From Anthoceros angustus (taxonomy: Eukaryota > Plantae > Anthocerotophyta): a stretch of DNA of 64,000 nt. This document shows, piece after piece, positions 24,604 through 38,368 of this stretch. Location of the stretch: positions 124,001-188,000 of the forward strand of contig MU008209.1 of assembly GCA_010909165.1 (NCBI GenBank). The letters run 5' to 3'. The stretch's first letter is position 1, and every line of letters starts with the position of its first letter. Made by a program: the position numbers and the translations under genes. The notes under the pieces are model-generated. The model saw nothing but the letters and a program-made list of their open reading frames with translations. It was not told the DNA's origin and did no database searches.

Positions 24604-25439
24604 GACTCTCATTGTTAATCATTCCGAGAGAATAAAATTCGTTGCACACAGTTTCTAACGTCATAACGTTTGTGGATTGGAATATGTCAACAGGCTATAC
24701 TCTCATTCCTATACTCTCACTAGTAGTCATTCCGAGAGAATAAAATTCGTTGCACACAGTTTCTAACGTCATAACGTTAGTGGATTGGCATATCTCAACA
24801 AGCTGCAGCAGCAAACGTGGCTCCATCAATGTGATGTAGTGTGACTTTGTCAAGGCCCGAAATAAGAATGTGAAGTGCAAGCCTGTCTTGTTTGATTCAA
24901 GAGTCGAGAGCGGAAGAAGGACTAGAAGGCCGTTGTACAATGCCATCCACTATGCCAAGCAAGTCACGAGTGTTGAGCATGGGCAACGTCGCTTGCTCCA
25001 TATCTCAAACTTTGTGCCGTCAAATAGTCTTTTCTTTGAATTGTAAAATTCATATAATTAATAATTGGTGTAGGTGGCATCGTCATAGGAGAGGACGTCG
25101 ATGCCATTGTTACGATGATCAAGCTATAATATGATAATATAAAAGAAGTTAGTAATGTGGCAGAGGGCGCCTAATATAGTTATATAAAAAAGCTTGATAA
25201 GCAAAATTATTATGAAAACAAAGATTAAAGTCAAATAGCCCAGTGAACTATGCGACGATCACTTGGGGCAAAAGGCTGTAAGGTGCTAAAGCTGCGTGAG
25301 CTGATTTACACCAACTCGGAGGCGATGAAGATGATTCCAAAGATGATGACACTCAATTGGAATGTTCAACTCTTGAGCGAGCACACTTGCTCATAAAGAT
25401 AGCGAGTGGCGATGTTGTCAAATAGTCATTCCAATGGAT
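24604..25439 (-). mobile_element. Ty1/Copia gag remnant
   Basis: Copy of 2100-2919. Confidence 0.65.
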
Positions 25440-25716
25440 GGATCAAAAGGACGTTGCTATAAACACTTGGCGCCCAAGCTTATCCACTGGTAATTTTTGA
25501 TACCTCTAGCTTCAAATTCAAACTAAAGGATCAATAGGCCATGCTTTCGTAGTTTGTATTCATACTGAAATGAAAATCAAATGAGCTTTTACCCTTGTGT
25601 TCCACACGAGATTTTTATTCTCGTTGAGCTCAAAAGGATTTCTATCTTAGGACACCTTGTTGGTCCGATTTGGCTGGGGTGACACATGTGTTCGGCACAT
25701 ATGTTAAAAGATAACG
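25440..25716 (-). rRNA. Degenerate 28S rDNA fragment plus inverted P-loop piece
   Basis: Copy of 2920-3200. Confidence 0.88.
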
Positions 25717-26311
25717 CGCAAGAAGCACGCCTTAAGATCGGAAGCGGGGTAAAGCCCCGCCTCCACCTCATGGAATAAATAAAATAACGTTAAAAGTAGT
25801 GGTAAGGGGCAAAGCCCCGCACCACCTCATGAAATAAATAAAATAACGTTACAAATAGTGGTATTTCACTTGCGCCTACGGCTCCCACTTATTCTACACC
25901 TCTTAAAGTCATTTCGCAATGATTGCATGCCGCCATGCCTTCGTTTTATATTACCCTGTGAGCTCAAGGGTTTTCAGAGACGGCGCCTGTTGGGAATACC
26001 CTGCAAGAGGACGACCTAGTTTGCACACTCGCATAAGAACGTCCAATCGTTGGACCGGAAACCGCGGTGAAACCACGGGAGAAACTAGGAGAGGCAACTT
26101 CGAATACGTTAACAGGAAACTACGAAGAGGCATGGAGAGAGACCAAATCAGAAACGTGCCACAGGAACTTCGTGGAATAACAGGACGGATAGAAGGACAC
26201 GACGGAGGAGAGCTTACAAATTGCAGCCTAGCAAGTGTAGGAAGGAGGAGGTTGAATTGTAGAGTGCATCATTCATCGCTGCAGATCGAGTCGCCGATCG
26301 GAGCGGACAAC

Positions 26312-28740
26312 ATGACGCGCATCAACTACTTCGCGGAGCCATCTGAATCGGAGGCCAATGCACTCCGTTTCACGCTCCGGGAGGTGCTACGTCTTCCAGA
26401 TAGAAGAGGGTCTGAAAGAGGTTGTAGTGACCGCCGTCTTGGTTCGTGTGACTTGGTGGACTCATCGTTTCGGACACAACCCCTTGCGTTAAGTATGACT
26501 GAAAATTGAGAGATTCTTTCGAGAGATCCTTCGTCTGGCCATGAACGTCCCGACCGTTGGGCTTCAGGTGTCTCGTGCTTACATGACGAACGCAAGGTTT
26601 CTGATAGTCTCCTACATCTGGGTCGTGTGAAATAATCCAGCCAGGCAGGCGAGGTGTTTCTGGTGCCCACCTACGACATCGATCTCTTCTGGCACGCACA
26701 TCAGCTGAGTCCTGTGGCTTATCAGGCTGACACGACGGCGATTTTGGGAAGAATCTTCAACCACGATGACACTGATAGTGACAGAAGCTCCGGGCAGAAG
26801 CTGGATGTAGGATTCTCGGCAACATCTGAGCTGTGGGGACAGGTATACGGGTTTGAGTACTTGCGCTGCCGGAGAAAGTGATATTGTTTTCGCAAAGATC
26901 CTGGTTCCTCCTCCTTCACCATCGCCTGGGCCATCGATTGGGTCATGCCCATCAACAGTGTGCACACATCTACCCACCAGAACCACCTCATTGCTCATTG
27001 CTCTCCGTGAAGCAGACAAAGGTGGACCCTCGCATTCCACGGTCCACCCATAAGGACGGCAGGTCACCGACGATACAACACCTACCCGGTGGCAAAGCAC
27101 TCGGCAAGTCCTGGGCTGTGGGGTCCGGCTCTCGCATCTGCTGCTACTAGGCCACTAAGCTGCTTCCAAGTTGCAAACCATCCTGTTTGTGGGGACAGGA
27201 GTCATCAGCGACCCAGCAAACAGACAGACGGAATCAAGTGTCCCTGTTCCGGCAGCATCTCCAGAGAGCGTTGTTGATAACCGCTGGGCTGCAGGGCTTA
27301 TCAATCGGCTATTTCCGGCCGAGGTAACCACAAACAGCCCAGTTAACGCACCCGCAGGTGCCTCACTCTCAAAGGTGTCAGAATCGGAGGTGACTCGCCA
27401 CAGCACTTTCTGGATTCTATTCAACCTGCGTCCAGATTGGCCCACCCAAAGGGGAGGCCGCCCGGCAGGGCCTCCACGCTGAATGCGGTTACCACCGCCC
27501 TCTTGGTACTGTGCTTGGTGTCACTGTGGTCTCCAGTTCTGGCTGGACCGGCAGTTGGAATCCGCTACCTTTCTTCAGAATCTTTCCTCTTCAGGGGCCA
27601 CAGATGACGTGCTCGAGCTTGGAGTGTTGTGTGACACAACACGGTGCTTACCTGCTTATAGAATGTGGGCAAATCTCACCTTGAAGCTGCTGCCTGCTAC
27701 GGACTGTAGCATTATCTTAGTAGACTGTAGAACTAGTGCGCTGTGATGTCATGCAGCACTTTCGAGATGATCTTCCTGTGGGTTTCGGACAGGGCCCACG
27801 CATCCAGCCCTTCTTGACCGCTTTATAAGCGCAGAACAAGGTGAGCTCTCATTTGGTGCATTCCTGTCGTCGTCTGTTGCTTCTTGCCATCGTGCTGTTG
27901 ACGGTTGTGGAGGGCCGAAGCCTTCATAAACTTATCCGTATTCCTGTCGTCACAATTCGTCAAAAATTGCGGCTTATGCGCTCCAGCCTCATCCATGTGT
28001 CTTGTGACATATCCGTAGCGAGAGCCGGGGCAGCTTTCCGATCATCAGTCGATGTTGATGAACCGTCAGGACTCTCATCATACATGTACAGCTGCCACGA
28101 AATGCCACCACCGTACTGCTCGAATTCAAAAGGAGAGGGTCACTGCATGTATTGGAATTCAGGCCACATTCAGCCGACCATGTGTCCAGAAAGAAAGGAT
28201 CGGCGAGGGTTGAGGGAAAATATCACCTGGGATGACGAAACCAGACCCAAAAGTCGTCGAACTGTGTCGATTCCAGCCAGGTAGTTAGGACTTGGAAATC
28301 TTGCAGGAGTTTTGTGTCCACTCTCACGTTGTGCTGCCCATGACCATGAACCAGGTCCAAAATCTAAAACGGCACATGAAAAGCACAGAAATGACAAAGA
28401 GTAGGGAACCATTAGCATGGCGAGGAGACACCATGTGGGCTGGTTTTCGGGCTTCTCAAGAAGGACGGCATGCTCAGCAAGCTCACGGCCTCCAAGCAAA
28501 TTGGCACACTGTCTATCTCGTGGAAGGAGCTGCTGGCTTCTCCAACCTTATCACTTGACAAGAATTTTCCGCTTTTGTCACCTAGACCAGGCGGAGGAGA
28601 CTTGAAACCTGCTGCTCTGCGTCTTTCAGTCTCTGTGACTCCACCGACGAAAGGGCCATACCATCTTCGAACGGAAGCTCTGAGGCATGCCACGGATGAT
28701 GATGGGCTTACTGTCATTTCCGGCCATCCATCATCAGGAA
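26312..28740 (+). pseudogene. BAHD 5' end fused to a GRDP/DUF1399 fragment, copy 3
   Basis: ORF 26654..26881 FLVPTYDIDLFWHAHQLSPVAYQAD..HDDTDSDRSSGQKLDVGF. Confidence 0.8.
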
Positions 28741-28741
28741 T

Positions 28742-30707
28742 TCCTCAAAAGGGTAGATGGATCCTGTTGTGCAATATGCTCATTCCTTTCTCCCACCAGA
28801 AATCTATGTACCTGCTTATTCACCTCCATAGTCGCCACAGCAGGTTTCTTGCTAGCTCCTGCTACCATTCTTTGTGTTTCAATCCTGTCTACAACGGTCC
28901 ACATACCTGCATCTGCATAGGCGTTAGCCATGAGCACATATGCTGACGCCCGCTGAGGTCCAGCCTAACAATGCTTTCAAAACACCACATCGCCCTCTCT
29001 ATATCCCGTGACTTTTGCAGGCATTCAACAAAGACCTTAAGCCCACAACATTACTTTGGCCTCACATGACAACAGCATCTTCTCAGCCTCATTTAAATGG
29101 CCCGCACGCCCAAGAAGATCAATCATGCAATTGTAATGCTCAATAGTAGGTTCGATGCCATGCTGTTCAGCCATGGAATCGAAGTGCTTGCGACCCTCCT
29201 GGACCAGTCCCTCATGACTGCATGCTGCTGGAAGACAAATAAAAGTAGCACCATCAGGCTGAATGCCATCAACTAACATCTCCTCAAAACAAGCTAGTGC
29301 ATTCTGACCATCGTCACAAGTACCATACCCAGATATCAGGGCATTCCATGTGACCACATCCTTGGTGTTCAAGCTGTCAAAACCTGGCGTGCATCTTTCA
29401 GTTCGCCACATTTCGCATACATGTCCACAAGGCAGTCACCCAACACTACGTCATCTAGCAGTCCTCTCTCAACAATCTGTGAGTGCACCTGCTTGCCCTT
29501 CTGTAAGGCACCAGTGCTTGCACAGGCCTTCAGAAGGCAAGAAAATACAATGGTCAGCCAAAATCAGGCCCTCCTTCTCCATTTGCCCATACAGACCAAG
29601 CGCCTCATGTCCAAGACCTTGCTGGGCATACCCAGCAATCAATGCCGTCCAAGTCACCACATTCTTAGTCGCCATGCTGTCAAAACCTGGCGTGCATCTT
29701 CCAGTTCACCACATCTTACATACCCATCAATCAAAGCATTCCATGTCACCACATCCTTTGTGTTCATGCTGTCAAAAACATCGCATGCATCTTTCAGTTC
29801 GCCACATTTTGCATACATGTCCACCAGGCAGGTACCAACGAACAAATTGAGAGGAATGCCACTGTGCGATACATCAAAGTGCACCTTTCTGCCAGACTCC
29901 AAGTCAGCGGCAAATGCACAAGCTTGAAGGGCTGCTATGAAGACGCGAGCATCCGCTTTCACTCCTGACCTACGCATCTCATGGTACAGTTGTATGGCCT
30001 CACCAGGCTTCCCATGCTTGGAGTAGGCAGAGATGATGGAAAACCACATGAAGGCATCTGGTTTAATTGCCCACCCTGGTGAACACATCCATGGCCTCCT
30101 CTAGTCTACCTCCACGTGCATACATGCGCAAGATATGGTTCTCAAGTATGCATCCGACTCGTACCCGAGGTTAACAGTGAGGTCATGAACTCGTCGCCCT
30201 AAAACAAGGTCCTTCTTAGCTGTACACAGTTCCAGCAGAGTGTAAACCAGAGACCGAGAAATAGCAAAGTCTGTCAGCGCCAGAGAATCCAGGGCTCCAA
30301 CGGCCTCAAGCTTCCCTGCTGACATAACGTGCTCACGGTTACAGCAGTGACGACGCCCATTTCCGATTCTTCACGACTGCCAGGTTCAGGCTTATCCGGA
30401 GACCTGGACTCGGAGGAAGAGGTACCATGACCCATCAGCATATCTAAGGAAACGAGCTACTCATCAACCCAACCTGGCTTAAACCTGTTTACCCACAGCA
30501 CCTCCCCGGACCCGCCATCGCTGGATACCCGTCCCCACCCACGTATTCTCCCGCAAATGGAAATGCTCGGCTCCTTACACTGCTGCACCTGGAGGCTTGC
30601 TTGTTTGCCGGGAGATGAGCCCCTGAGGTGAGGTGAGCGGGAGCTCCTCGTACAACCCCTGTCCACACACCAATTTGTTGGGTCCACAGGAGTCCCCGCC
30701 GTCGCAT
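28742..30707 (-). pseudogene. PLS-PPR DYW:KP pseudogene, copy 3
   Basis: ORFs 29654..30088, 29037..29411 and 28734..28937. Confidence 0.9.
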
Positions 30708-31349
30708 CGCCTGATCAGCCTGAGCGAGAACTGACACGCCGCAAGGCAATTGCAAGTGCAAATGGCGAACAGAATGGAGATTGCGGAGTGGCTTTTGAGC
30801 TACCTTGAAAATGAACTATCTTAGTGGCTTTCGAGCTACGTTGAAAATGAACTATCTCACCTTTCTATAACCATGGATTACTGCAGTGGTATGTCTAGGT
30901 GCGTAGGGTGGATAGGTTTCGGGTTCATACCTCACAATCCCTCCTTATCATTTTAAGGGTCCCCACCACACTCGGATATGCTAGAGCCGTCAGATCCGGA
31001 CGGGGTTGGGACTTGACGGACCTGTTACCGCTAGGGCTGAACGGAACCAGGGTCGGACGGAGCCGTTGGGTCGGAACAGCCTCCTTAGGACCGAATGGGA
31101 CGAACCATGGATTATTCCAGTGGTTTGTCTAGGTGCGTAGGGTGGATAGGTTTTGGGTTCATACCTCACAATCCCCTCTTATCATTTTAAGGGTCCTCAC
31201 CACACTTAGATATGAATTACTCATTAAGGATTAAAATGATTCGTTAAGAATTACAATTATTCATTAAGAAATACCTGGACCTAGCCATCCTAAATCCGCA
31301 CCAATCAAGGTATGGCTTCGAACCTAAGAAAAAAATGCCTTTTCTAACT

Positions 31350-31640
31350 TTTGGGCGTTGTTTTGGGCGTTGTTTTGGAGCGTTGTTTTGGAGTGCCAAA
31401 TGTAGTAGTGAAAGCGACCGTCGTGGTTGGATGCAAAATGTAGTAGTGAAAGCGGCCGCAGTTTTGGGGTGCAAGATGTAGTAGTGAAAGCGGCCGCTAT
31501 TTTCGGGTGCAAAATGTAGTAGTGAAAGCGGCCGCTGTTTTGGGGTGCAAAATGTAGTAGTGGCCGTTGTTTTGGGGTGCAAAATGTAGTAGTGAAAGCG
31601 TCGTTGTTTTCGGATGCAAAATGTAGTAGTGAAAGCGGCC
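31350..31640. repeat. 13-bp/38-bp compound minisatellite
   Basis: Same units as 7352-8056. Confidence 0.95.
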
Positions 31641-34600
31641 ATGCAGAAGGCGAAGGGCGCACCTTGTACATAGAGTTCTCCTTAGAGCTCGGATCCATGC
31701 GCCTTCAATCCCCACCATCCGCACTTTGTTATTTCGAATTCCATTCCCACCTAGTCGTAGTAGGCGGACTCCCGAAGGACCATTACTTGGATGTCGCTCC
31801 AAGTACTGGAAATTTGAGCCTCATTATCCACATAGTCCACCCCGTGGATCGCGATGTCGTGCATCCTGAATCCGTGGCAGTCATGTTCCACCCATTTGGA
31901 GAGGGTGTCCCGCGCGACGGCGAATGTGAGTAGAGTAATGGCGTTCCTTTGGGGGATACCTCGGGAGATGAGGATTTCATTGGAGGTGCTTTGGCCCTTG
32001 ACGAGACGCATCACGCCGCCCCGGACGGTCTCAAACCACATAGCTTTGAGCGAGGGGTGGAGAGGGTATCCCTCGCGATCTATCGCGACCTATCACGCAA
32101 GCGGCGTGAGGCGGTATCCTCGACGGCGAATGTGAGAGGGCTTATAGTGTTCCCTTGGGGGATGCCACGAGATATGAGGATCTCCTCTGAGGTATTTTGG
32201 CCTTTGAGGAGGCGTATCTTGCCTCCTCGAACGGTTTCAAGCTATCTGATCTTGAGCGATGAGTGTAGAAGGGTCAAGTGTATGATTTTAGAAATGAGGC
32301 CAATTTCCACAGTCTCGAATGCGTTTTTGAGATCTGTAAAGTAGACAAAAACCGCCTTGTGTGCTCGGCGGGTGTGTTTGAGAACCAGGGCAAGGGTGAT
32401 GTTGCCATCGAGGCACCCTGCCACTCCGGGTGTGACTCTTATTTGTATGGTGGACCGGAGGTTGAAGAGGTCTATGTCGTTGTGAGTCGCTACATCAAAT
32501 GAATACCTTCATGAATACTAGGAGCAGCGTGATAAGGCACCACCTCTGAGGTCTGATGAGGGAGCGCCGTGGCCTGGGGCTAGGCGGACGAATCCCACTT
32601 TGTATGTCGGGAAGATGCGACATGAGGTTATTTGGTAGGAGAATACGAGACGTAGCCATTGTGCCAAGCTTGGGGGCAAAGTTTTAGGACTTCATGGAGG
32701 CTGCTTTCGTGCCGGTCCTCGTTCCCTCGTGACGGGGAATGTGAGAGGGCTTATAGTGTTCACTTGGTGGATGCCACGAGATATGAGGATCTCCTCGAGG
32801 TGTTTTGGCCTTTGAGGAGGCGTATCTTCCTCCTCGATCGGTTTCAAGCTATCGATCTTGAGAGATGAGTGTAGAGGAGTCAAGTGTATGATTTTGGAAA
32901 TGAGGCCAATTTCCACGATCCGAATCGTTCTTGAGATCATAAAGTGGATAAAAACCGCCTTGTGTGCTCGGGTGTGTTTGAGAACCAAGACAAGGGTGAT
33001 GTTGCCATCGAGGCACCCGCCACTCCGTGTGACTCTTATTTGTATGGTGGATCGGAGGTTGAGGCGGTCTGGAGTCGTTGTGAGTCGCTCCATGGTGGGA
33101 AGACCTTCATGAATCTGGCGGCGTGATAGGCGCCAACTCGAGGTCGATGATGGGGTAGTGGCTTGGGGGCTAGGCGGACGATTCCCACTATGTCGGGAAG
33201 ATGCGGCATGAGGTTATTTGGTAGGAGAATACGAGACGTAGCCATTGTGCCAAGCTTGGGGGGCAAAGTTTTAGGACTTCATAAGAGAGCTGCTCGTACC
33301 CCGGTCCTAGTTTCCCATCCCCCTTTCTGGATACATGTGGAGATCTCTTTAAGAGTTGGTGTGAAGGCCGGTTCTAAGGGCCCTTCACGGCTCCAGAGAT
33401 CTTGTAGTATTGTCTCGGCTGCAACGCCCTGGGGGGTGAAACCGACGGGGAAGGGGGTGAGCTCCTTCTCGATGCAGTCTTGACCTTGACATTCGCCACC
33501 CAATATTCGCAAGAGTGGCCATGTCGCCTCTAGTTCGGGTTTGTTGACGGCCCTAGAAACCATTGTGGAACACCGCGGTCTTGCTAGTATCTCGTTTATA
33601 CGGATCGGGGACTCGTTTGAAGGAGCGAGTTCGGATCTCGTCCTAGGAGGTTACCTTGAGGCATTGAGAGGGCCAATGTTTGGTATTGCGAGTATCTTCG
33701 TGCTAGGTCATTGAGTAGAGGCGGACCTTGAGCTCGAGGAGCTCCATGGTGGTGTAGTCGGCCGAGTTCCTTTGCAAGCGTCTCCATAAAGCATTTGATC
33801 ATCGAAGGAGGCTTGTGACTTGTTTTCAGCTTCCAACATTGTTGGTCGTGCGCGTGAGGCGATAGGAGAAGGTGAACCCTTACACTTTCGTTCCAGTGGC
33901 TCTAGTGCCAACTCCCCAATGCGGGCTCGAGAGGGTGTGAGGCGTCGGTAGCAGGACACATGAGTACCCTCTTCTTTTGTTGAGTGTGTCGAGCGATCCA
34001 TCTCTCTTTTCAAGACGGACAGGGAGAGCCTCGGCCATGGGAAGGGGCTGGCGAGGTGGTCATTGGTCCAAAGGGGGCTCAAGGTCCTAGGCCTTGAGGC
34101 CTCGTAGCTATATACAATAGGGGCGTAACCTTGGGCGGGGTCCTCCTTGGGGCCTTGCGTGTGGTTGTGATGCCCCACCCTAGGGGGGGGGGAGCGTGTT
34201 GCCTTCTTGCCATCCTTCCCTTATTGCTCTTATCTCGGGGGGGTCCCAAGGACTCAGAACTTGCTTCTCCCCCTTCCTGTCACATTTCTCGATTGGTTAT
34301 GTGTGCAACTCTAAAAGGGCTCTTGTCTTGGCTGGTCGGGAGTCCAGGGGGTTTCGGGTCTTGGTTGTGGGAGCTTGAGTCTTGACCCCTTTCTCCCTTC
34401 CTTCAACTTTCATCATCTATGCTTTTTGGGGCGGTTCGTCCTTCCTCCGAGTGTGGAGTCATGTTCTGGTCTTGCCTGGGGGGCAAGCTGCATCCTTACC
34501 CCCTGTTTGAGCACATTTCTCGATTGTTCTAGTGTCTCATATGTTTTAATAGGAGATCCTTGTTATGAGTAGTCACCCTAGATTGTTTGGGCCATCTTAC

Positions 34601-34755
34601 TGTGGGAGGGAAGGGGACTTCTCCCCTTCACTCTTATCCCAACGGTGGTTCCATGTTAAGTAGTTCGGGAGACTGAGTGCGAAGCCTTGGCGCCATGTCC
34701 CGAAGAGTGTGCAAGCAGGCTAGGCTTGGAAGAGTGCACTTCTCTCCCCCGGGCG
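31641..34755 (-). mobile_element. Non-LTR retrotransposon copy (RT with internal duplication)
   Basis: ORF 31751..32041 ILISRGIPQ..IHGVDYVDN; ORF 32242..32424 FTDLKNAFETV. Confidence 0.88.
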
Positions 34756-34776
34756 GGTGGGTGAACAATCCAATTC

Positions 34777-37272
34777 GATTGTTCACCCACCAATAGAGCA
34801 TTTGGGTTTAGGCCGTCGTGAGGCAGTCGGGTTAGGCGCCTGCCTAGCCGCACCGATTGAACCATTCCAACTCTGAGTCGGGAGTTCCGATTCCCGGCAA
34901 TGATATACACTTGGTCTACTCCGCTCCCTTGGCCGGTGGTCTCGTTTCGGGACGAGCTAACTCACGCTGCGCAGGGTTTACCCGATCGAGGGAGAGAGGT
35001 GTACTCTCCCAAGCCTAGCCTGCTAACACACTTTTCGGGACACAGCGCCAAGGCTCCGCACTAAGTCTCCCGAACCTTTCAACTCGGAACCAAAGCTAGA
35101 ACAGAGGGAAAGGGGAGAAGTCCCCTTCCCTCTCACACTAAGATACCCTAAATAGTCTAAATTGCACGAACTGGTTCTCCATCGATACACACGGACCCTT
35201 GGATACATCGAAATGTGCTAAGAATTGGAGGCAAGAATGCGACACCCCAAGACCCGAAGGTGGACTACGGAGTCCACACCTAGTTGGAAGAAGAACCTCC
35301 CACGAGACACAGATCGAGAAATGTGCTAAACCGGGGCAAGAATCGACACCCCAAAGACCTCAAAAGGCGATCCTTGGGAATCCACACCTAGTCGGAAGAT
35401 GAACCTCCCATGAGAGGCATGGATCGAGAAATGTGCTAAGAGAGGGGCAAGAATCGACACCCCAAAGACCTCAAGGTGGACTACGGCAGGAGTCCACACC
35501 TAGTTGGAAGATGAACCTCCCACGAGACATGAGCAGAAATGCAAAGCAGGGAGGCAAGAATCGGCTTGCACCCCAAGACCCCAAAAGGCCGGACTCGCAG
35601 GCGTCCACACCTAGTCGGAAGATGAACCTCCCACGAGGCATGAATCGAAATGTGCCGAATGGGAGGAGGGCCAGACTTAAGGTCTCACGACCAAGACCAG
35701 CACCCCCCTTGGATCCCCACACAGCTAGGACAAGAGACCCTTGGAGATGCACAAAAGCCAGCAGAAATGTGCGGGAGGAGAGACAAGTCCCGAGGTCTCA
35801 CGACCAAGACCCCTCCCTCCCCGTCGCCCCCTCCTCCCCTCCCAGGTCGAGAGCACCAAGGAAAGGGAGACAAGATGGTTGCTCACCCCGCCCCCATCTT
35901 TGGGGCACCACGTCCACACAGGACTTAAGGGAGGACCCGCCCATGGTCACACCTATTGTATATGGCCGGAGGTCGTGGGGCTGAACCGCGAGCCTTTGGA
36001 GCCAAGATACCCGTTCCCAGTGATTGCACCACTCAAAAAGCTTGCTATGCTCCTATCCGTCTACTAGATGTTTGTCGGAAAGGCCCCCCAGGGAGGCTGC
36101 CTAAGACCCTAACGCATTGATCAAACCAAGGAACTCCCGATAGGGAGGAGGAGAGTGATTCACCACTCCACACAAACTCCGAAGTGCGCTGCTATCAATA
36201 CTAGCGGGGACTCCCTCTTGGCCTCCCATTCAAGCGTGGAGACCCATGGCGGAAGGCGTGCGACCAAGGAAAACGTGAGAATGAGGCCATCCGATGACCG
36301 TCTCTCCTTGACTCGGCGTTCGGTCCACTCGCTCCTAAGTGCTTGTGAGGCCCCGCCTCCCCTTTCTCCCAAGGTAGAGGAGAGGGAGAAATCTTGGTAC
36401 ATCCGCCTCGTGTCCCTAGGACCCACCCTTGGGAGACATCCATCGATGTCGACAGCTGGGGCGGGATAGGTGGAACCCATGCAACTCCTCATGACGACCA
36501 TGGACCAAGCCCGAACCCTTTGAAAGGCACCCGAGGTCACAGCCGGGGGCCGTGCCAAAGCCAATAGTGCGGGGATCAGATACTAACTCACATAGACGGT
36601 TGAACAGGGCCACCTTGACTCCCATCGAACGAGGAAATGCCTTCGCAAGGGAGAGGCCTGCGCCTTAAGTGAGTGCGCCACGAAAGTGAACCCAGCGCAT
36701 CCGTTCCCTATCCCGCCCAAAGGTAGCCGGTCCAAGTGGCCTTCACGGTGTCAAAACCCAAAGGTATCTCCGAGGAGTTTACAGGCAAGCCGTCCCGGGT
36801 CGGCATGGGACACCCAGAAGGTGGCACTAGGCACCCCTAGAAGCCTATTTCACTTTCGATGGGGCAAGCATCCGAGGACAACCTACCCACAAAAAGTCGC
36901 GGTCGCGGAGGACGGAGCTAAACCGGGGTGTCGGGGCAAGCAGCCCAGGTCCCTAAGCGGCTGCCGTTCGCATTCCACTCTTGCTAGTTTGGCGCGGACG
37001 AGTCAATGATGGGATCTTGGCGATCGGAAGCTGCCACTTGTGACGGACGATTAAGTCCAAGGTCTTGACTAAATAGAGCCCATGTCCGCCTTAGCACAAG
37101 TCGGGTCAGCAATTGGCCGTCTCGAGTGCGGCCTTGCACTCCTCGTGAGGCTTCTTCCCTCCGGCGGCGATGGGGAGGGACGCTAACTAGCGGGACCTGG
37201 ATAGAGCGGTGTTGCAGCGGGTTAAACATGCCGAAAGGCATCCACCATAGCATAACGCCAGGATTGATACAG
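34777..37272 (+). mobile_element. RT-less second-subfamily element including a putative structured 3' end
   Basis: Copy of 21514-23948 plus ca. 210 extra hairpin-rich bp (37060-37272). Confidence 0.75.
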
Positions 37273-37309
37273 AATGATGCGAAGAGTTGATAAAACTCTT
37301 CGTATCATT

Positions 37310-38075
37310 GGACTCTGATTGTTAATCATTCCGAGAGAATAAAATTCGTTGCACACGGTTTCTAACGTCATAACGTTTGTGGATTGGAATATGTCAACAA
37401 GGTGCAACAGCAAACATGGCTCCATCAATGTGATGTAGTGTGACTTTGTCAAGGCCCGAAATAAGAATGTGAAGTGCAAGCCTGTCTTGTTTGATTCAAG
37501 AGTCGAGAGCGGAAGAAGGACTAGAAGGCCGTTGTACAATGCCATCCACTATGCCAAGCAAGTCACGAGTGTTGAGCATGGAGCAGCGTCGCTTGCTCCA
37601 TATCTCAAACTTTGTCTTAGTCAAATAGTCTTTTCTTTGAATTCAGAAGTAAAATTCATATAATTAATAATTGGTGTAGGTGGCATCGTCATAGGAGAGG
37701 ACGTCGATGCCATTGTTCTGATGATCAAGCTATAATACGATAATATAAAAGAAGGAATAACGGCTGTAAGTTATGACTGTAGCCGAGAGGGCGTCTAATA
37801 TAGTTATATAAAAAAGCTTGATAAGCAAAATTACTATGAAACAAAGATTAAAGTCAAATAGCCCAGTGAACTATGCCACGATCACTTGGGGCAAAGATTG
37901 TAGCAAAGTGCTGAACTGCGTGAGCAGCTGATTGCACCAACTCGGAGAGCTGATGAAGATGATCCCAAAGATGACGACACTCCAATTGGAATGTTCAACT
38001 CTTGAGCAGTAGCACTTGCTTGCTCATAAAGATAGCGCTGAGTGGCGATGTTGTCAAATAGTCATTCCAATGGAT
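37310..38075 (-). mobile_element. Ty1/Copia gag remnant
   Basis: Copy of 2100-2919, lacking the internal ca. 100-bp duplication. Confidence 0.65.
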
Positions 38076-38110
38076 GGATCAAAAAGAGACGTTGCTATGA
38101 ACGCTTAGCT

Positions 38111-38144
<34 letters not shown>

Positions 38145-38368
38145 AATACGTCTAGCTTCAAATTCCGAAAAACTAAAGGATCAATAGGCCATGCTTTCGT
38201 AGTTTGAATTCGTACTGAAAATCAAAATCAAATGAGCTTTTACCCTTTTGTTCCATACGAGATTTCTATTTTCGTTGAGCTCAAAAGGATTTCTATCTTA
38301 GGACACCTCGTTGGTCCGATTTGGCTGGCGCGACACATGTGTTCGGCACATATGTTAAAAGATAACGC
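38076..38368 (-). rRNA. Degenerate 28S rDNA fragment (cleanest copy) plus inverted P-loop piece
   Basis: The reverse complement contains AAAAGTTACCACAGGGATAACTGGCTTGTGGCAGCTAAGCGTTCATAGC. Confidence 0.95.

Noticed and set aside
34955-35025. Twister-like CTAAC..TCCCAAGC
   Set aside because: No P4 pairing, and the motif is not conserved in the other subfamily (TTCCAAGC).
37050-37195. Pistol-like (AGTC..GACT-AAATAG..GCCTTAGC) and HDV-like (CTCCTCGT..hairpin..GCTAA) motifs
   Set aside because: The required P2/P3 pairings could not be built from this single noisy copy. Kept only as a structured 3' end.
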